From a virus (lineage: Duplodnaviria > Caudoviricetes): a stretch of 64,000 nucleotides of DNA. Position numbers and translations under genes: made by a program. The notes under the pieces were generated by a model that saw only the letters and a list, made by a program, of their open reading frames with translations, made no database searches and was not told the origin of the DNA. Positions 1 through 12,413 of the stretch are shown piece by piece. The stretch is taken from IMG/VR virus record IMGVR_UViG_3300021387_000025, positions 55,956 to 119,955 of that record. One strand, written 5' to 3'. The stretch's first letter is position 1; each line of letters opens with the position of its first letter.

Positions 1-2900
1 AGTGTCGATCCAATTCCCATCATAGCTGTCTAAGTAATATTTAAAGCTTGTTGCTAGTTTTTAAATGTCACTCCTAATTTATCAGCCTATTCTCCAGTAA
101 TTGACATCTAAATTCCTGCTTCTTTAGCTTCTTGAGTATATTTGGCTAAACTTTCAGCATCAGTAATAGCTGATTTTTCTAACTTCTTAAAAATTTTTAA
201 TTGCTATTCATTTAATATATTTTCATCAACCGACTATAAAGCAGTATCAAAAATATTTTGTATGTTGTTTTGATTTAAATTAAAATCTATATCACTTAAA
301 TCAACTGTTTTTAATCCAAGCTAGCCAGCACTTAATTTAGATGAAAATTTCTTTGCTAACCAATCTTTGATATTTCCAAATTTATCTTTAATTCCTTCTG
401 CTAAATTTTCTCCAACGTTTTTACCAATTTTAGTAATAGCAGACTTCTCACCTCTAAAAGCCATTCCCAGTTGAGCAATGTAACCTTTAATACCACTTTC
501 TGGATTACCAAAAAAACTATTAAATAATGAACGCCCTAATTTTAATCCACCAACAGAAATGCCAATTGCGGCGATCGACTTCAGTAATCCATTACCACCA
601 CTAATAGTATCAATAACTTTATTAAGAGCATTAATCAAACCAGTTAACATATCAACCGCACCCTTAATAATATCACTATTAGTAATAGACATCAAAAATT
701 GATCCCAAGCATTTTTTAACTTAGTCAATTTTGTTTCTAAAGATTCAAGTGTTTTGTTATATTGCTCAGTAGCCGCACCATTAGCATCTTGCGCAGCAGC
801 AGTCAACTCCTATGTACGTCTATAGTCTGACATAAGAGCAATAAAACGAGACTGCTGACGAGAACCGGCCGCCATAGTCGCGATATATCTTTGTTGAACG
901 ATATCTAAGTCATCCCACTTAGAAGCCAATTCCATAAAAATTTCGTCAAGACCTTTTTGCCCAACCAGGAACTCATTCAAATTAATTCCAGCTGTCCTTA
1001 AAGCCTTAGAAACTTTATTAACATCGATTTCTTCGCCTTCTTCATCAGTTCCAAGTAATTCGCCCTTTGAATATAAGTCTTTAACTTCAGAAAAACGTGC
1101 AACAACAGTCTTTAATGCAGTACCAGCAGTTTCTGCAGATTCACGAGTGGTTTCAATAATTTGTGCCAAAAACGCCGCGGTATTTTCAAATTGCATATTT
1201 GCAGAATTAGCAAGAGAAGCAACCTTAGTCATAGCTACTGAAATTTCATCAACATCAGAAGCAGAAATCGCAGCCAGTTTAGAATAAACATCTGCAATAT
1301 TGTCAGCATTAGCCTCGTTAATTTCCATGTTGAAACCACGAAGAGCATTGGTTACACGGTCGGTTGCCTCTGCCGCATCAAGTCCAGCAATACGCGCCAT
1401 TCTTAATGTAGCATTTGTAACTGCCATAACTTCGTTAGTTTTTAAACCTTGCTGATAATAAAGGGTAGACGCTTCATAAACATCGTGGATAGATACACCA
1501 AGCTCGTTTGCACGTTTTGTGTACTCAGGTAACTTAGTCCACATGTCTCCAACGGAAAATTCAGTAACAACAGCGGTTTCAGTCATGACTTTATCAAGAT
1601 CTTTAACCGTATCCATGGCAGAGCGAATAGCTCGTTTAAATAATCTTACAGCATTTCCAATAGAAAAGAATTGTAATATATTATTACGCATCTGATCTAA
1701 TTGTTTAGCCGATTCAGACATTTCATGAATAGAACCGCTAGCTTGATCAAATCCCCTAACAGCTTCTTCGCTTGCTGAACGAGAGGCAACCAAAGCTTCA
1801 TTAATTTTTTCAATTGTTTCTGTGGCTCCGGCGCCGCCCTTAGCTCTAATCTCTTCTATCTTTTCTTCTAATATTTCAAAAGAAGTTATACTCTCAGGAT
1901 CAATACCAAATTTATCCCAAGGTACATCAGTCATCTTCAATAATGAATCTTTGACCTTTTCAAAGGCGTCGCTTTTTACTTGGGCTAAATTATCATTTAA
2001 TTCTTTAAGTCGAGTTTTTGCAGATTCAGACTACTTTCCTAAATCTTCAACCGCTCTTGAAGCTTTATCTAAATTTGAGCTATCTGATCTAGCATTAGAT
2101 AATTCAGTTTTTAATTCTTCCTATTTTTTTCGCGCTTGAGCTAATTCTTCATAAGCCTATGTAAGATCCTACACTTCTTTAACTTCTGGCAGTGTCCCAT
2201 TTCTCTAAGCTTTATCATACGCTGCTTTCCAGCCAGATTTAGTTCCAGACTTATTTTTATACTCAGCTTTAAATTCTTCTTCAGTCTAAACTCTAGTTTT
2301 TACTTCTTTTTCAGCTAATTCAATAATTCTTTCTCTTTCTTGAACAAGCTTTTTTGTTTCATTAATTTCCTGTTGAATTTCTTCAACAGCACGATTTTTT
2401 GAAACTCGATCATTATATAAGCTCTATAATTCGGTTTGTTTTCTTAAATCTTTTTCTAATTTCTCTGCCGCCGCAGCCTACTCACGAACAGCTTTTGCAG
2501 CTTTACCAATATTACTTTCAGAATTATTTAACTCACGATTATAATCTTTAATAATCTTTGTTAATTTATCTAAACTTTTTTGATCTGCATCAAGTAATTT
2601 ATTCTGAACTTTACTTGACGAAATACGATTGTTTAATTGCTGCCACAAACTTCCAATTCGATCAAAACTTTTTGCAACCGACTTTTCATCAACAATACTT
2701 AATTCTTTATTTCCTGTTTTATTCTAAATGTTTTTAATCTCTGATTCTAAATTTGCAAAAAGATTTTTAAAATCGTCTTTCATGCCATCTGTCAAACTTA
2801 GTTTTGACAATTCAATTCTGACTTTATTAATTTCATTCTAAAAGCCAGTAATATTAGCACCAATATCAATAGTGGCTTTTATCGTAGTGTCCCTTGGCAT
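1..2900 (-). CDS. Tail tape measure protein (TP901-like core), runs off the window start; contains in-frame TAG=Gln
   Basis: ATG at 2900 with GGAGG RBS is in frame with track ORFs 810-1940 and 321-806, which are separated only by TAG. Typical TMP core (YYQQG, TNALRGFN, AGSRQQSRFIALM). Confidence 0.9.
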
Positions 2901-2955
2901 TCTTTTCCTCCAATAAAAAAATCGGCATTAACTTTCATTAATGCCGAAATTCCTA

Positions 2956-3738
2956 TTATAAGTCGCTTTCTATATCATCGCTTAAAAAGTACATTTCACT
3001 TACATAAGCATCCGTTCTCGACCCCACTGGCATGCCCACACCTTTAAACACTCCAACTAATGGAGAAGCTTGTGAACCCAGCTTTATAGATAAATCCGAC
3101 ATCAATTTAAGTTTTGGAATTTTTATAATTCCAGTTACGACCTTACCCGTTTCATCATCTTTTATACGGGTGCGGCCCTCTAAACTAACAAATCCATTTA
3201 AAAGCCGTTGTCCAATGCGGCATACCTTTGCTCCATTCGTATAATTATAAGTATATGTAACAATTAGCTCTTGATAAGGTTTCTATGCAGTAATTATATC
3301 CTAATTTATATAATAATAAATTGGTAAGCCAGTTTCTTTATCATATACAAATAAGTCACCAGATGGAATATTTTTTAATTTTGCATGTCTATCTTCATCA
3401 CTTTCTACTTCTTCATAGGCGCTAATCTAAATTGGAGTTTCATCTTCTTCAATCAGCATTTTTGAATTATACATTAAACTAAATTGATCTTTTGAAAAAA
3501 CTCCCTATGAAAAAGTAAGATTTAGTTCTCTTGTTGTTTCCCAAAAAACGTGCGCTCGATTATCAAAACCACCTCGCGCGGCCACATAATCTTTTACTTC
3601 ATTTAATCCTGCAATTTGAATTTTATCAAATCGCGCCAATACTTCTCCTTCCTAAATAATCCTCTTAGGGGTCTCTATATCATAAGTAGATTTTATGAAC
3701 ACGTTCTCGAAATCTTTGAAGCTAAACTGTTCACTCAT
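2956..3738 (-). CDS. Tail tube-like protein (paralog of major tail protein), TAG-recoded
   Basis: Absent from track because of TAGs. Read-through gives 260 aa with VAARGGFDN..FWE, resembling VDARGGKGN..TWD of 3804-4703; GGAGAGG RBS. Confidence 0.7.
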
Positions 3739-3757
3739 TTCCTCTCCTTAAACAAAA

Positions 3758-3785
3758 AGCGGAGGAAGCAAGCCTCCTCCGCCTA
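3758..3785 (-). terminator. Intrinsic terminator after major tail gene
   Basis: GC-rich hairpin GCGGAGGA...TTCCTCCGC followed by TTTTT on the minus strand. Confidence 0.7.
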
Positions 3786-3803
3786 ATATGCAATATTTAC
3801 TTA

Positions 3804-4703
3804 TTATGCTTCAAGGTCATACTGCACAAGTTTCATCATATCGCCATCTTCTGGACGAAGAACTGTAAGGTTCATATTGAATACAGAAGGATCGCCTTCA
3901 GCTTCAAGAGTAATTGTCTGTTCAGCAGTCATCTTAGCCTTCGGGATGATGAACTGGAAGAACTGATCCTTACCAGTAACATCTGAACGAGCATATGTAT
4001 CGCCCTGAATATAGTATGTGCCTGGGAACGAATCACCAGAAATGGTAATTGTCTTTGTAGTAGCCTTTACCCAGTAAGTAAACATAAACTTGTGTCCAGC
4101 ATAAGCGCCAGTGCCGTCTTGCTGACCTGTGCTATACAGAGCCTTTAAGTCACTAGCTGTAAAAGCTTCATCGAGCACTGTTCCATCTTCGTCATATAAC
4201 TTAGATGCCGCGCCAGTAATACTGAAACTAATTTGATTATCAAGCGCAACCATACCAACAGGAGCGACTGCATCAGGACCAATATAAAGCTTTGCACGCT
4301 TACTACCTTCATTAACGTCATAAATATCTGCCGTTACATAACTTACTGCAGCTTTGGTGTAGCCTTCAGCGTTCTGGCCCATACGAATTACAGCTGTCTT
4401 CATAATATAACCGCCAGCGCCCTGAGCAACAGTGCCATCGCCAAGCATGATAGACATGGACTTCGGGCTAAACAGCGCATCTTCAATACTAACTGTGATT
4501 TCCTTACCGTAATCCCAAGTTACAAGTTTCGGATTACCTTTACCACCGCGGGCGTCAACCTGCTCAGCAGTTTGCTCGATGGTAGAAACCTTTAAGGTAT
4601 CAAGGTAAAGTACGGGTTTGCCAGGAGTACCATCTGGATTGATCTCATACATGGTTACGTCAGCAACTTCCTTAATACCATAACGATCAAGAATACTAGC
4701 CAT
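3804..4703 (-). CDS. Major tail (tube) protein
   Basis: 299 aa, no TAG, strong RBS; position upstream of TMP; ARGG and EAEGDPS motifs seen in siphovirus tail tubes. Confidence 0.75.
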   Translation of the reverse strand: MASILDRYGIKEVADVTMYEINPDGTPGKPVLYLDTLKVSTIEQTAEQVDARGGKGNPKLVTWDYGKEITVSIEDALFSPKSMSIMLGDGTVAQGAGGYIMKTAVIRMGQNAEGYTKAAVSYVTADIYDVNEGSKRAKLYIGPDAVAPVGMVALDNQISFSITGAASKLYDEDGTVLDEAFTASDLKALYSTGQQDGTGAYAGHKFMFTYWVKATTKTITISGDSFPGTYYIQGDTYARSDVTGKDQFFQFIIPKAKMTAEQTITLEAEGDPSVFNMNLTVLRPEDGDMMKLVQYDLEA

Positions 4704-4725
4704 TCTTTAAATAGCCTCCTTATTT

Positions 4726-5457
4726 TTAATCATCTAAATTTCTAATCCAATATTTTGGTTTTACTTTTTTGCTATCTGCGCCCGCTAACAAACTACGAAT
4801 ATCTATATCGTATTTTTCTTTCTCTTGATATGTGGCCAAAAGAATAGGGATCGCTGCATAGCTTAACTCTCCAATATTAAGTGGATTTAATCCATAACCC
4901 ATACAACAAATTGATGAAATTGTGGATAATAAATTTAACCCCAAACCCTTTTTAGCTTTAACACGATCACGATAACGTGCTTTAGCTTTCATAGCCTTAA
5001 TTCGAGGATTTTCATCTGGATTCGGCGGTTCAATTGGTTTTCCTCCAATTGATTCTCTTATTAAATTCTAAAAATCAAAATAATCTTCTTCTTTCAAAAG
5101 ACGAAGACTTTCTATTGACTTCGTTCCAGAAACACTTCCAATTAAAATCTATTTCTGTTCAAATAAATAAGTTACTTCTTCGTGTAAAAAGAAAAATAAA
5201 GCTTTATCTAATAATTCCTTAAACTACTAATTATTATAAGCGTTATTTAGCAAATATTCAAAAGGAGTTAATAATTCTTTTAAATCAATTCCTCTTTCAA
5301 CATATTCATCTTCTATTTCTTCCTAAGAAAAAGTTAATAATTTCATGTACAAATAATATTCGTGATTAAGAGCGATGTCGCGAACTTTTGGCGGATAAAT
5401 ATAACAAATATCTTTAAAATTAACTGGCTCACCAAAATAAAAAGCTAAATTATTCAT
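4726..5457 (-). CDS. Tail morphogenesis hypothetical protein, TAG-recoded
   Basis: ATG at 5457 with GGAGG RBS, in frame with track ORF 4726-4992 via TAG read-through (243 aa). Confidence 0.7.
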
Positions 5458-5938
5458 AATCCTCCATTACAAAAGTCATTTCATAACAAGAAATTTCTTC
5501 AGTAATAAAATTTAAATCAAATCCAACATGCTCTAATCTACCAATACCATTTATAACTTTATGATTTAAAGATTTTAAAATTTCTCCCATAATACAAAAA
5601 GGTCTTAAATTTGTGTCTTTAATAAACCACTATGTCAAAGGGACAAATACTTCAATACATAATGTAATATTATTAAATTCATCATTTGACCTATCTGCAG
5701 AAGCTCTAACAACTCTAAGAGAAATTAAACTCTAAGCTGTTTCTTTTGGGCCAACACGAGGAACTACTTTAATTAATTTTTCAAAGATTTCATCTTCAAT
5801 CTGTGTCTGAGTTAAATCTTCTTTTGATAAAGGATCTTTATCAGAATAATATAATAATTTTAATAATTGCTAGTTAGCCTATAATCTATTTACAATCTTC
5901 TAAAGATTAATACCTAATTCACCTAAATTACGAACCAT
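5450..5938 (-). CDS. Putative tail completion/terminator protein, TAG-recoded
   Basis: ATG at 5938 with GGAGG RBS; open to TAA at 5450 when TAG=Gln (162 aa). Function inferred from position. Confidence 0.65.
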
Positions 5939-6668
5939 CGCGCGCCTCCTACACTCCATACTTCAACCAATAAAAATCTTTTGGATCATCGCTTTCTGTT
6001 TCTTCTGGCGGAGGGGTTAAATCATATTCATAAATAGGATCGATAGTTACATATTCAACTCCTTTAGAAGATTGAATATCATAACCTGTAACGCGATAAT
6101 ATTCTTGTAAAGGTTTCTCACCTACGATTAAATAATCATCTTTTCGAAGATAAGGAGTAGTTGGTAAAATAAAAAAGCTCGATTTTAAATTTTCCGTATA
6201 AAGTGTGTCCATACGGCTTCGAGATTTTAATTCATCTTTTAGCATATTGTCTTCTTGACCATACAAATAAGCCCAAGACTTATGTTCTTTTTTATCCCGT
6301 CCGGTCCACTTCAAAAAATGGGTCATATGTAACATAATATAACGATTATATCCACTAGCTTTTATTTTTTCTAAATAATAAACCATCCAAGGTTCTTCAA
6401 TATCATCTTTATCTGGAAGCCATAAAACAGTTCCAGATGGAATATTTACATTTACACGGGTTAATAAATAATGTAAAGTTTTTGTATCATCCTATTTATA
6501 CTTTTCAAAACTACCAATTTGAGTTTCACCTTCCCAATCAAACTCTATTAAATATACACTTTTAGATAAATAATACTCAAAGCCTATTTCTCTTTTTTTC
6601 TAAATGCGAGACTAATAATCATTTCCATATCGAGAAAGTCGATGCGAGTAAATATCCAAGTATTTCAT
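5928..6668 (-). CDS. Putative head-closure/neck protein, TAG-recoded
   Basis: ATG at 6668 extends track ORF 5949-6386 through TAGs. Ends at TAA 5928 under code 15 (or at TAG 5949). Confidence 0.65.
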
Positions 6669-6670
6669 TA

Positions 6671-6955
6671 TTACACCTCGCTATTAAGAAGATCCACTAA
6701 ATCAGAGCTGCCAAGAAGATTCATACAATCAAAAATAGTTTTTCGAAAGTATTTATAATTTAAATACCTAAGAGAATGAATCTTATGCATTAGTGTTAAA
6801 TAATTAATTGTCCATTCTTCTTCTGGTACATTAAATAATTCGGTGACAATGCTATCTAAAAAAGATTCCCATTGTCCTTTATTTTCAAACTCACAAAGCA
6901 AACCAAATAATTTATTTTTTAATCGGTTAATATAACCTTCTTCGATAGGAGTCAT
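6671..6955 (-). CDS. Hypothetical protein (head-tail region)
   Basis: Track ORF 94 aa, coupled to neighbours. Confidence 0.7.
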   Translation of the reverse strand: MTPIEEGYINRLKNKLFGLLCEFENKGQWESFLDSIVTELFNVPEEEWTINYLTLMHKIHSLRYLNYKYFRKTIFDCMNLLGSSDLVDLLNSEV

Positions 6956-7380
6956 TCTTGATCTGCCAAATGTCGATATTCAAACGGTTTCTTATTTACT
7001 GACCGATAATAAATAGCTTCTAAGCGTCTCGCATTGGCTTGTTCGGCGGCCAGCATCTGATTAAATTTATCAATTAAGTTTGCTTGTGAAAAATCACGTT
7101 CTACATATAATGGTTTCACATTTTCCCATGTTAAAATGGTACGATTTAACCATTCACATTTCATATAAGCTGCCAATATTTGAATTTCATCATTTGTTAA
7201 ATCATCTTCAAAACCGCAACTTGTATACTCTAAAGAGACTCTAGGAAATTTAAAGCGCATAATTGCAGCTTGCAATAAAGAAAAAAGATCCTATCTTAAT
7301 TCTCCTTCATCCCAGTCTTCCCATTCATCTTCTAAAATTTTGCTTAAAAAAGCATCATAAACCACATCAAAAGAAGTCAT
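6952..7380 (-). CDS. Putative head-tail adaptor, TAG-recoded
   Basis: ATG at 7380 (MTSFDVVYDAFLSKI) in frame with track ORF 6952-7275 across one TAG; position after capsid genes. Confidence 0.7.
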
Positions 7381-7381
7381 A

Positions 7382-7855
7382 TTATGCCTCCTTATTCTGC
7401 GCGCTTAAACGGATGGCCTGAATAATATCACGACCACAAAGCTCCTTTAAGAATTCTGCTTTATCAAAATCAGCAAGCCTATTAGCAACTGCATAATCTG
7501 CTAATTGCACAATCTGCTCATAACTTAATTTTTTAACTTTCTCTTTAAACTCTTTCAAAGAAAGATTTACCATATAACGTCTACGCTCTTTATCATTCAG
7601 CACGATAATGTTCACTGGCTCTGCCGCATCTTCAGGCTCAAGTCCAAGCTCCTGCTTTTCTTTCATGTCCTCAATATACAACATACCAGTATCAATCATA
7701 TATTTAAAACCGCGGTCATACATTAACTGCTCTAAAATTTCTGAGTCAACGGCATAGGTAGCGCCCTGTGCAATCCATTCATGCCGGAAAGGAATTTCAC
7801 GAACTTCTACTAAAATAGAACCACGGATAGTACTCACAATATTAATTTTACTCAT
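7382..7855 (-). CDS. Hypothetical protein downstream of major capsid
   Basis: Track ORF 157 aa with AAGGAG RBS. Confidence 0.75.
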   Translation of the reverse strand: MSKINIVSTIRGSILVEVREIPFRHEWIAQGATYAVDSEILEQLMYDRGFKYMIDTGMLYIEDMKEKQELGLEPEDAAEPVNIIVLNDKERRRYMVNLSLKEFKEKVKKLSYEQIVQLADYAVANRLADFDKAEFLKELCGRDIIQAIRLSAQNKEA

Positions 7856-7887
7856 TAAAAAATTCTCCTTTTACTCCTTTTAATTAA

Positions 7888-7918
7888 AAATGGGAGAGGG
7901 AGTTAGTCCCTCTCCCTT
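7888..7918 (-). terminator. Intrinsic terminator after major capsid gene
   Basis: Perfect GGGAGAGGGA/TCCCTCTCCC hairpin plus T-tract. Confidence 0.75.
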
Positions 7919-7928
7919 ATGATTATCC

Positions 7929-8999
7929 TCAGATATTTTCGTAAGGATTATAATATGTCTGGTCAACGCCAGTGTTCTTGTAAACACCCCAGTTATAGTG
8001 TGTAAGAATTGCGCAACCCATTTTCTTGTAAGCATAAACTTCAAGAGAGTTGTCACGGTTCTTAAAGTCATTAATCTGCGTAGCGCCTTCAAGCACAACT
8101 TTGACAACCTTCTCACCAGTAGAAGGAAGCACGTAAGCAAGCTGCGGATCAACATAAGTCCTATTATTCTTCTCATCAACAAAAGACTGCGGGATCTGAA
8201 CGATCGGAGCGCCACGGAAGATATTGACATAACCAGTTCTATGAATCTGCTCAATATCATCAGGCGAGTACACGCCAGCAACACCGCCGTAGTTTGTACT
8301 ATTACCAACAGTCACAGGGACGATAGCATCCGCGCCCATGTCAGCGATGAATTCCGGAGGAGCGAAGATAACAGGATTACCATACGCACGGACAACACTC
8401 ATCAGCTTGACCATCTTATCTGTATTGAAGTGGTTGGAAGTTGCCTTATTAGCATCCGGACGATCAGCAGCGTCATATGCAGCACGCAGAGCTTTCTGGA
8501 CTTCTACGAACACAGCATCTGTAAGACCCTGAGTCATAATGTCCATAACTTCTGCAAGGGATTCAGCACCATCGAGCATTCTTTCGAAGTCGATTGTCGC
8601 ACCGCCACCAACTGCATGAGCAGAAAGTTCAAATGTGCGGCTATCAAGTCTAAATGTCTCATAAACACCAGACAGACCAACCTGAGTAAGGAACTTCTTC
8701 GCACGAGCCTTACCAGTCTTAACTTTGAACAGTGCTTTTTGGCCTTGGCCAACAACCTGAACTTCCGCAAACGGAGACAGCGCCGCAATAACGTTCTTCG
8801 GCATAACCTGATCAATTGTCTCGATCATAATTTCATAAATATCATAACGGTTCTTCATGAACTGATTCACAGAACCAGCAAGTTCACGGAGACCATCAAC
8901 AAAAGCAGCATTAACATCAACATCCTGATTTGCAAAGCAAGCAGGAACTGTGCCCTTAGCAGCATGAAGGGCGATCTCTTTTAATTCACTAATAGTCAT
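7929..8999 (-). CDS. Major capsid protein
   Basis: 356 aa, no TAG, GGAGG RBS, followed by a terminator; lies after the protease/scaffold and decoration-like genes. Confidence 0.8.
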   Translation of the reverse strand: MTISELKEIALHAAKGTVPACFANQDVDVNAAFVDGLRELAGSVNQFMKNRYDIYEIMIETIDQVMPKNVIAALSPFAEVQVVGQGQKALFKVKTGKARAKKFLTQVGLSGVYETFRLDSRTFELSAHAVGGGATIDFERMLDGAESLAEVMDIMTQGLTDAVFVEVQKALRAAYDAADRPDANKATSNHFNTDKMVKLMSVVRAYGNPVIFAPPEFIADMGADAIVPVTVGNSTNYGGVAGVYSPDDIEQIHRTGYVNIFRGAPIVQIPQSFVDEKNNRTYVDPQLAYVLPSTGEKVVKVVLEGATQINDFKNRDNSLEVYAYKKMGCAILTHYNWGVYKNTGVDQTYYNPYENI

Positions 9000-9016
9000 T
9001 ATAATTCACCCTCCTA

Positions 9017-9562
9017 TTATTCAGCGATACAACGGAACTTAATACCAAAAGTACCATCAGGCATTGTTGTACTTTCAATAACCTCAAGAACAGGACCATA
9101 AGAAGGCTTGCTGGTGCCGACAAGGATTGTACCGTCAGAAGTAGCGCCGCCATATAACTTAGTAGTTTTATAGCTTGCAACCGCTGTCTTGAAAGCTGCA
9201 TCACTATCATAAGCAGTACCATAACTTACACAGTTAGTAGTAAATTTATCACCAACAGACAGATAGCCAAGTCTTGGGAAGAAGTCGTCCTTACCATTTA
9301 AAGAGAAATTCTTTAAACCAGGAGTACGTTCATCATACATATGTTCTGCACTATAATTTAAAGCAATCGGCAGAGAACTATCAGTTGCAAATTTTACTGT
9401 CCGATTTGCGGCATCAACAGCGAGTAACATACCATTTTCAAGTTTTGCTGTAGCAAAAGCTGTTGTATCAGGAGCGCATTGAGCTTCGATACGACCATCA
9501 CGACGGAAAGCACAGTTATTAATTTCAATCTGGCCATATCCATCAATACTCAGTCTTGCCAT
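9017..9562 (-). CDS. Putative capsid decoration/structural protein
   Basis: 181 aa between scaffold and capsid genes; LENGM motif; no TAG. Confidence 0.65.
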   Translation of the reverse strand: MARLSIDGYGQIEINNCAFRRDGRIEAQCAPDTTAFATAKLENGMLLAVDAANRTVKFATDSSLPIALNYSAEHMYDERTPGLKNFSLNGKDDFFPRLGYLSVGDKFTTNCVSYGTAYDSDAAFKTAVASYKTTKLYGGATSDGTILVGTSKPSYGPVLEVIESTTMPDGTFGIKFRCIAE

Positions 9563-9578
9563 TAATATTCATCCTCCA

Positions 9579-10943
9579 TTATCGTTTATAACGAGATAAA
9601 ATTTGTTCAATACCAGTTTTTGGAGTATCTTTTAAAACATACTCCGCTTCTGGCTTAAATGCCAAGCCACTCTTTTTTAACTCATAAGCAAGATGCATAT
9701 CAAGATCTTCAACGGTATACTCACCAAGCTTCGCTTTATAAGTGTCGATTACTTCTTCAGGGAGCTTTTCAACATACTCTGCCATAACAGCTTCCTTGCG
9801 CTGTGTCTCTACAGCTTGCTTATAATCTTTTAAAACAGTGTTTTCTTCGACAAGAGCGGAATACTGAGAATTCAGTTCATTATATTGTCCTTCAAGAGCA
9901 GTATATTTAGCTGTTTCAGATTCTGCTTCTGTATTTAAAGTAGCAATAGTTTGTGTCATTTCGTCAATTTTGGAACCTTGTTCCTCACAAACTCTGGCAT
10001 TATTTTCTGCATTAGTTAAATTTTCACTAACTAATTCATATGTATCACCATTTAACTAACGTAAAGTTTCAATGGTATCTTTTTCTTTTTCTGTTACATC
10101 AATGATGTAAACAATAGTACGTTCACCAAGAACAACACTATCATCTTCATCATTCTTTGTATAATTGACTCTTTCATATTGACCATTTTCAAGGCACACC
10201 ACAAGTGCATATTCGTCGTAAATCGCGCAGATCGAATATTCACAAGTCCAACCACCTTCTTCTGTAAAATTCGGATTTAATAAACTCCAAATTGCACTAT
10301 ATTTTTGATCATCAGAAAGCTTAAAATTAATTTTTGACATCTCCGATTCCTCACTTACAATAGTAAACTCTTTAATTTTCTAAATGGTATCACGGATAGA
10401 TTCCTGTAAGGAGAAGAAAGACGCACCTTCAAAACATGGCTCTACATTATCACCAAGAACTTGTAATCCCAAGAAACTTCCATGCTCAAAAACAATTTGT
10501 TTTTGACCTTGAAGAATGGCGGTATGATACATTAATGATGGTTCGTACAATTCCATCGACTATCCTTTACCTATAATTTCAGAAGCTTCTGGATATAAAG
10601 CTGTAAATAATAAAACATCGGTGCAAGCATAAGTACGCTCAACGCCATCTTCATCAAGATGCTGTTCCCAAGCAAAATTATTGTTTTCTGGTACAATACC
10701 ATAAATCTATCCCTCTTCACGAGAATGACCATGGTCACTAAAATCATCCAATAAATAAATACCTTTTACTGGGACATAGTGTAAAGTAGAAATTAATTCA
10801 TTCGCAAAGTCATCTGTTATAAATGTACCATTACGATTCGCGCCTTTATAGAAAATGCGACAACGTGCTTTAGAAAGTACATCATTAAAAGGTTCAATCT
10901 AACCATAAATACTAATCGGAAACTCAAATTCAGGTTTACTCAT
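9579..10943 (-). CDS. Prohead protease/scaffold protein, TAG-recoded
   Basis: ATG at 10943 gives 454 aa joining track ORFs 10056-10340 and 9579-9959. N-terminal YKGANRNGTFI..QSMEL..GLQVLG..PCFEGA protease-like domain and coiled-coil C-terminus. Confidence 0.75.
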
Positions 10944-12408
10944 CAGAGCCTCCCTAATGATCTAAAGATTCCTCATTCTAAATAGTCTTTACTGATTTAT
11001 CCTCTAAATCTAATGCTGGTCTGCCAACCTCACCAGACTATGTATAAGCAGAAGATAATGGTAAAAGTTTAGTATGAAGCTCTAATAAATCATTTTCCAA
11101 TGTTTTAATATTTGAAAGTTCCCTTTGATTAATTCCACTTGCTAAAGCAGGTAACAAGAAACTATATCCACTTTGTGCAAGTTTAAATGAATCCGCGATA
11201 TAATCACTTTGATTGTAATAAGTAATAGGAAGTAAAGTATATTTAAAGTCAATATTTGAATTTGCATATAAACAATTAAGTATATATGAAATAAATCTTG
11301 AATATTTATTTCCTAAAATCATCATAAGTGCTGTATCATTGCGAATTGATGTAGGTAAAGCCTAACTTCCAGTAGGTGAAAAGATCTAAGCACTTACACC
11401 GCCTTCACTATAGACATTTTGCAACATCTTATCTAATGAAGTGGTTGCATTTTCAGCAGCTGTCTTAGATATAATTGCGTCAACGTCCGCATAAGTTGTT
11501 AAAATGGACAAGTTTTTATTACCACGCATCATATTGACCGCGCCACGATGCATTTCCATCGCTTCTTCTGGCTCAAATAACAACTATCCATCTGGTAAAT
11601 GCGGAATTTTTTGAACAATAATCTTTCTAATTTCTTCTAGATTACGCTCTTGCTCATTGTCAACAGCATCTTCATATTGAAGCGTGGCAGGAATTACATC
11701 TAAAAATAATGGCAAACCATCTTCAAAAAAAGAAAAACAAATTCCTATCTCAGCGGGTAATTTAACCCAGGGATTAATTTCTTTATTCCTTGAGTATTTA
11801 CGATAATGTTTCTAAACAATATCTGGATACACATTCAATGCTGTCTACCGATCATCTTCATCAAATATTGTATTAAAATAAGTTATATTAAATTCTACAA
11901 TATCATTTCCATGAAAATCTTTATAACGGGAACGGCAGTAAGCACTTGGTAAATCAAATAATACAAAATCATCTTTACTTAATACTTTAATTACGCCGTA
12001 ATAACTTCCATCAATTAATACTTTCAAAGAAATATGCGTAAGTGTTTCTTGTAAATTTAACTTATCAAGATAATCTAAACAACTATAATATCTTTTGGCT
12101 ATATGTGGAGTGGAGAGTTTCTTGCCAAAACTTGGATTAGGTATTAATAAACCCTAATATGTTAATAAAGTCGCATAGTAGTAAAGAATTCTCTTGTATA
12201 AGCTTTTACATTCAAAAAAATTACGTGATAAAGCTTGCTGAGCGGCGACATCACCGGAATTAATAATTTGTTCAATCTCTTCGGGTTTATAATTGCGTAT
12301 AGAATGAATATGCTTGTAACCATAATTATTCCAAGCCTTTTCATTCGAAGCAACTATTTCATCTTGTATTTTCTTGAAGACGGTCAAATCAACTGGTTGT
12401 TCTTTCAT
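10936..12408 (-). CDS. Portal protein, TAG-recoded
   Basis: Track fragments 12154-12408, 11845-12027, 11386-11583 and 11038-11325 share a frame and are separated by TAG; 490 aa directly after terminase. Confidence 0.8.
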
Positions 12409-12413
12409 TTAGT

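Noticed and set aside
7998-8984. 328-aa + strand ORF and similar antisense ORFs (e.g. 24578-25585, 39001-39651)
   Set aside because: Shadows of real genes on the opposite strand; no RBS or recognisable motifs.
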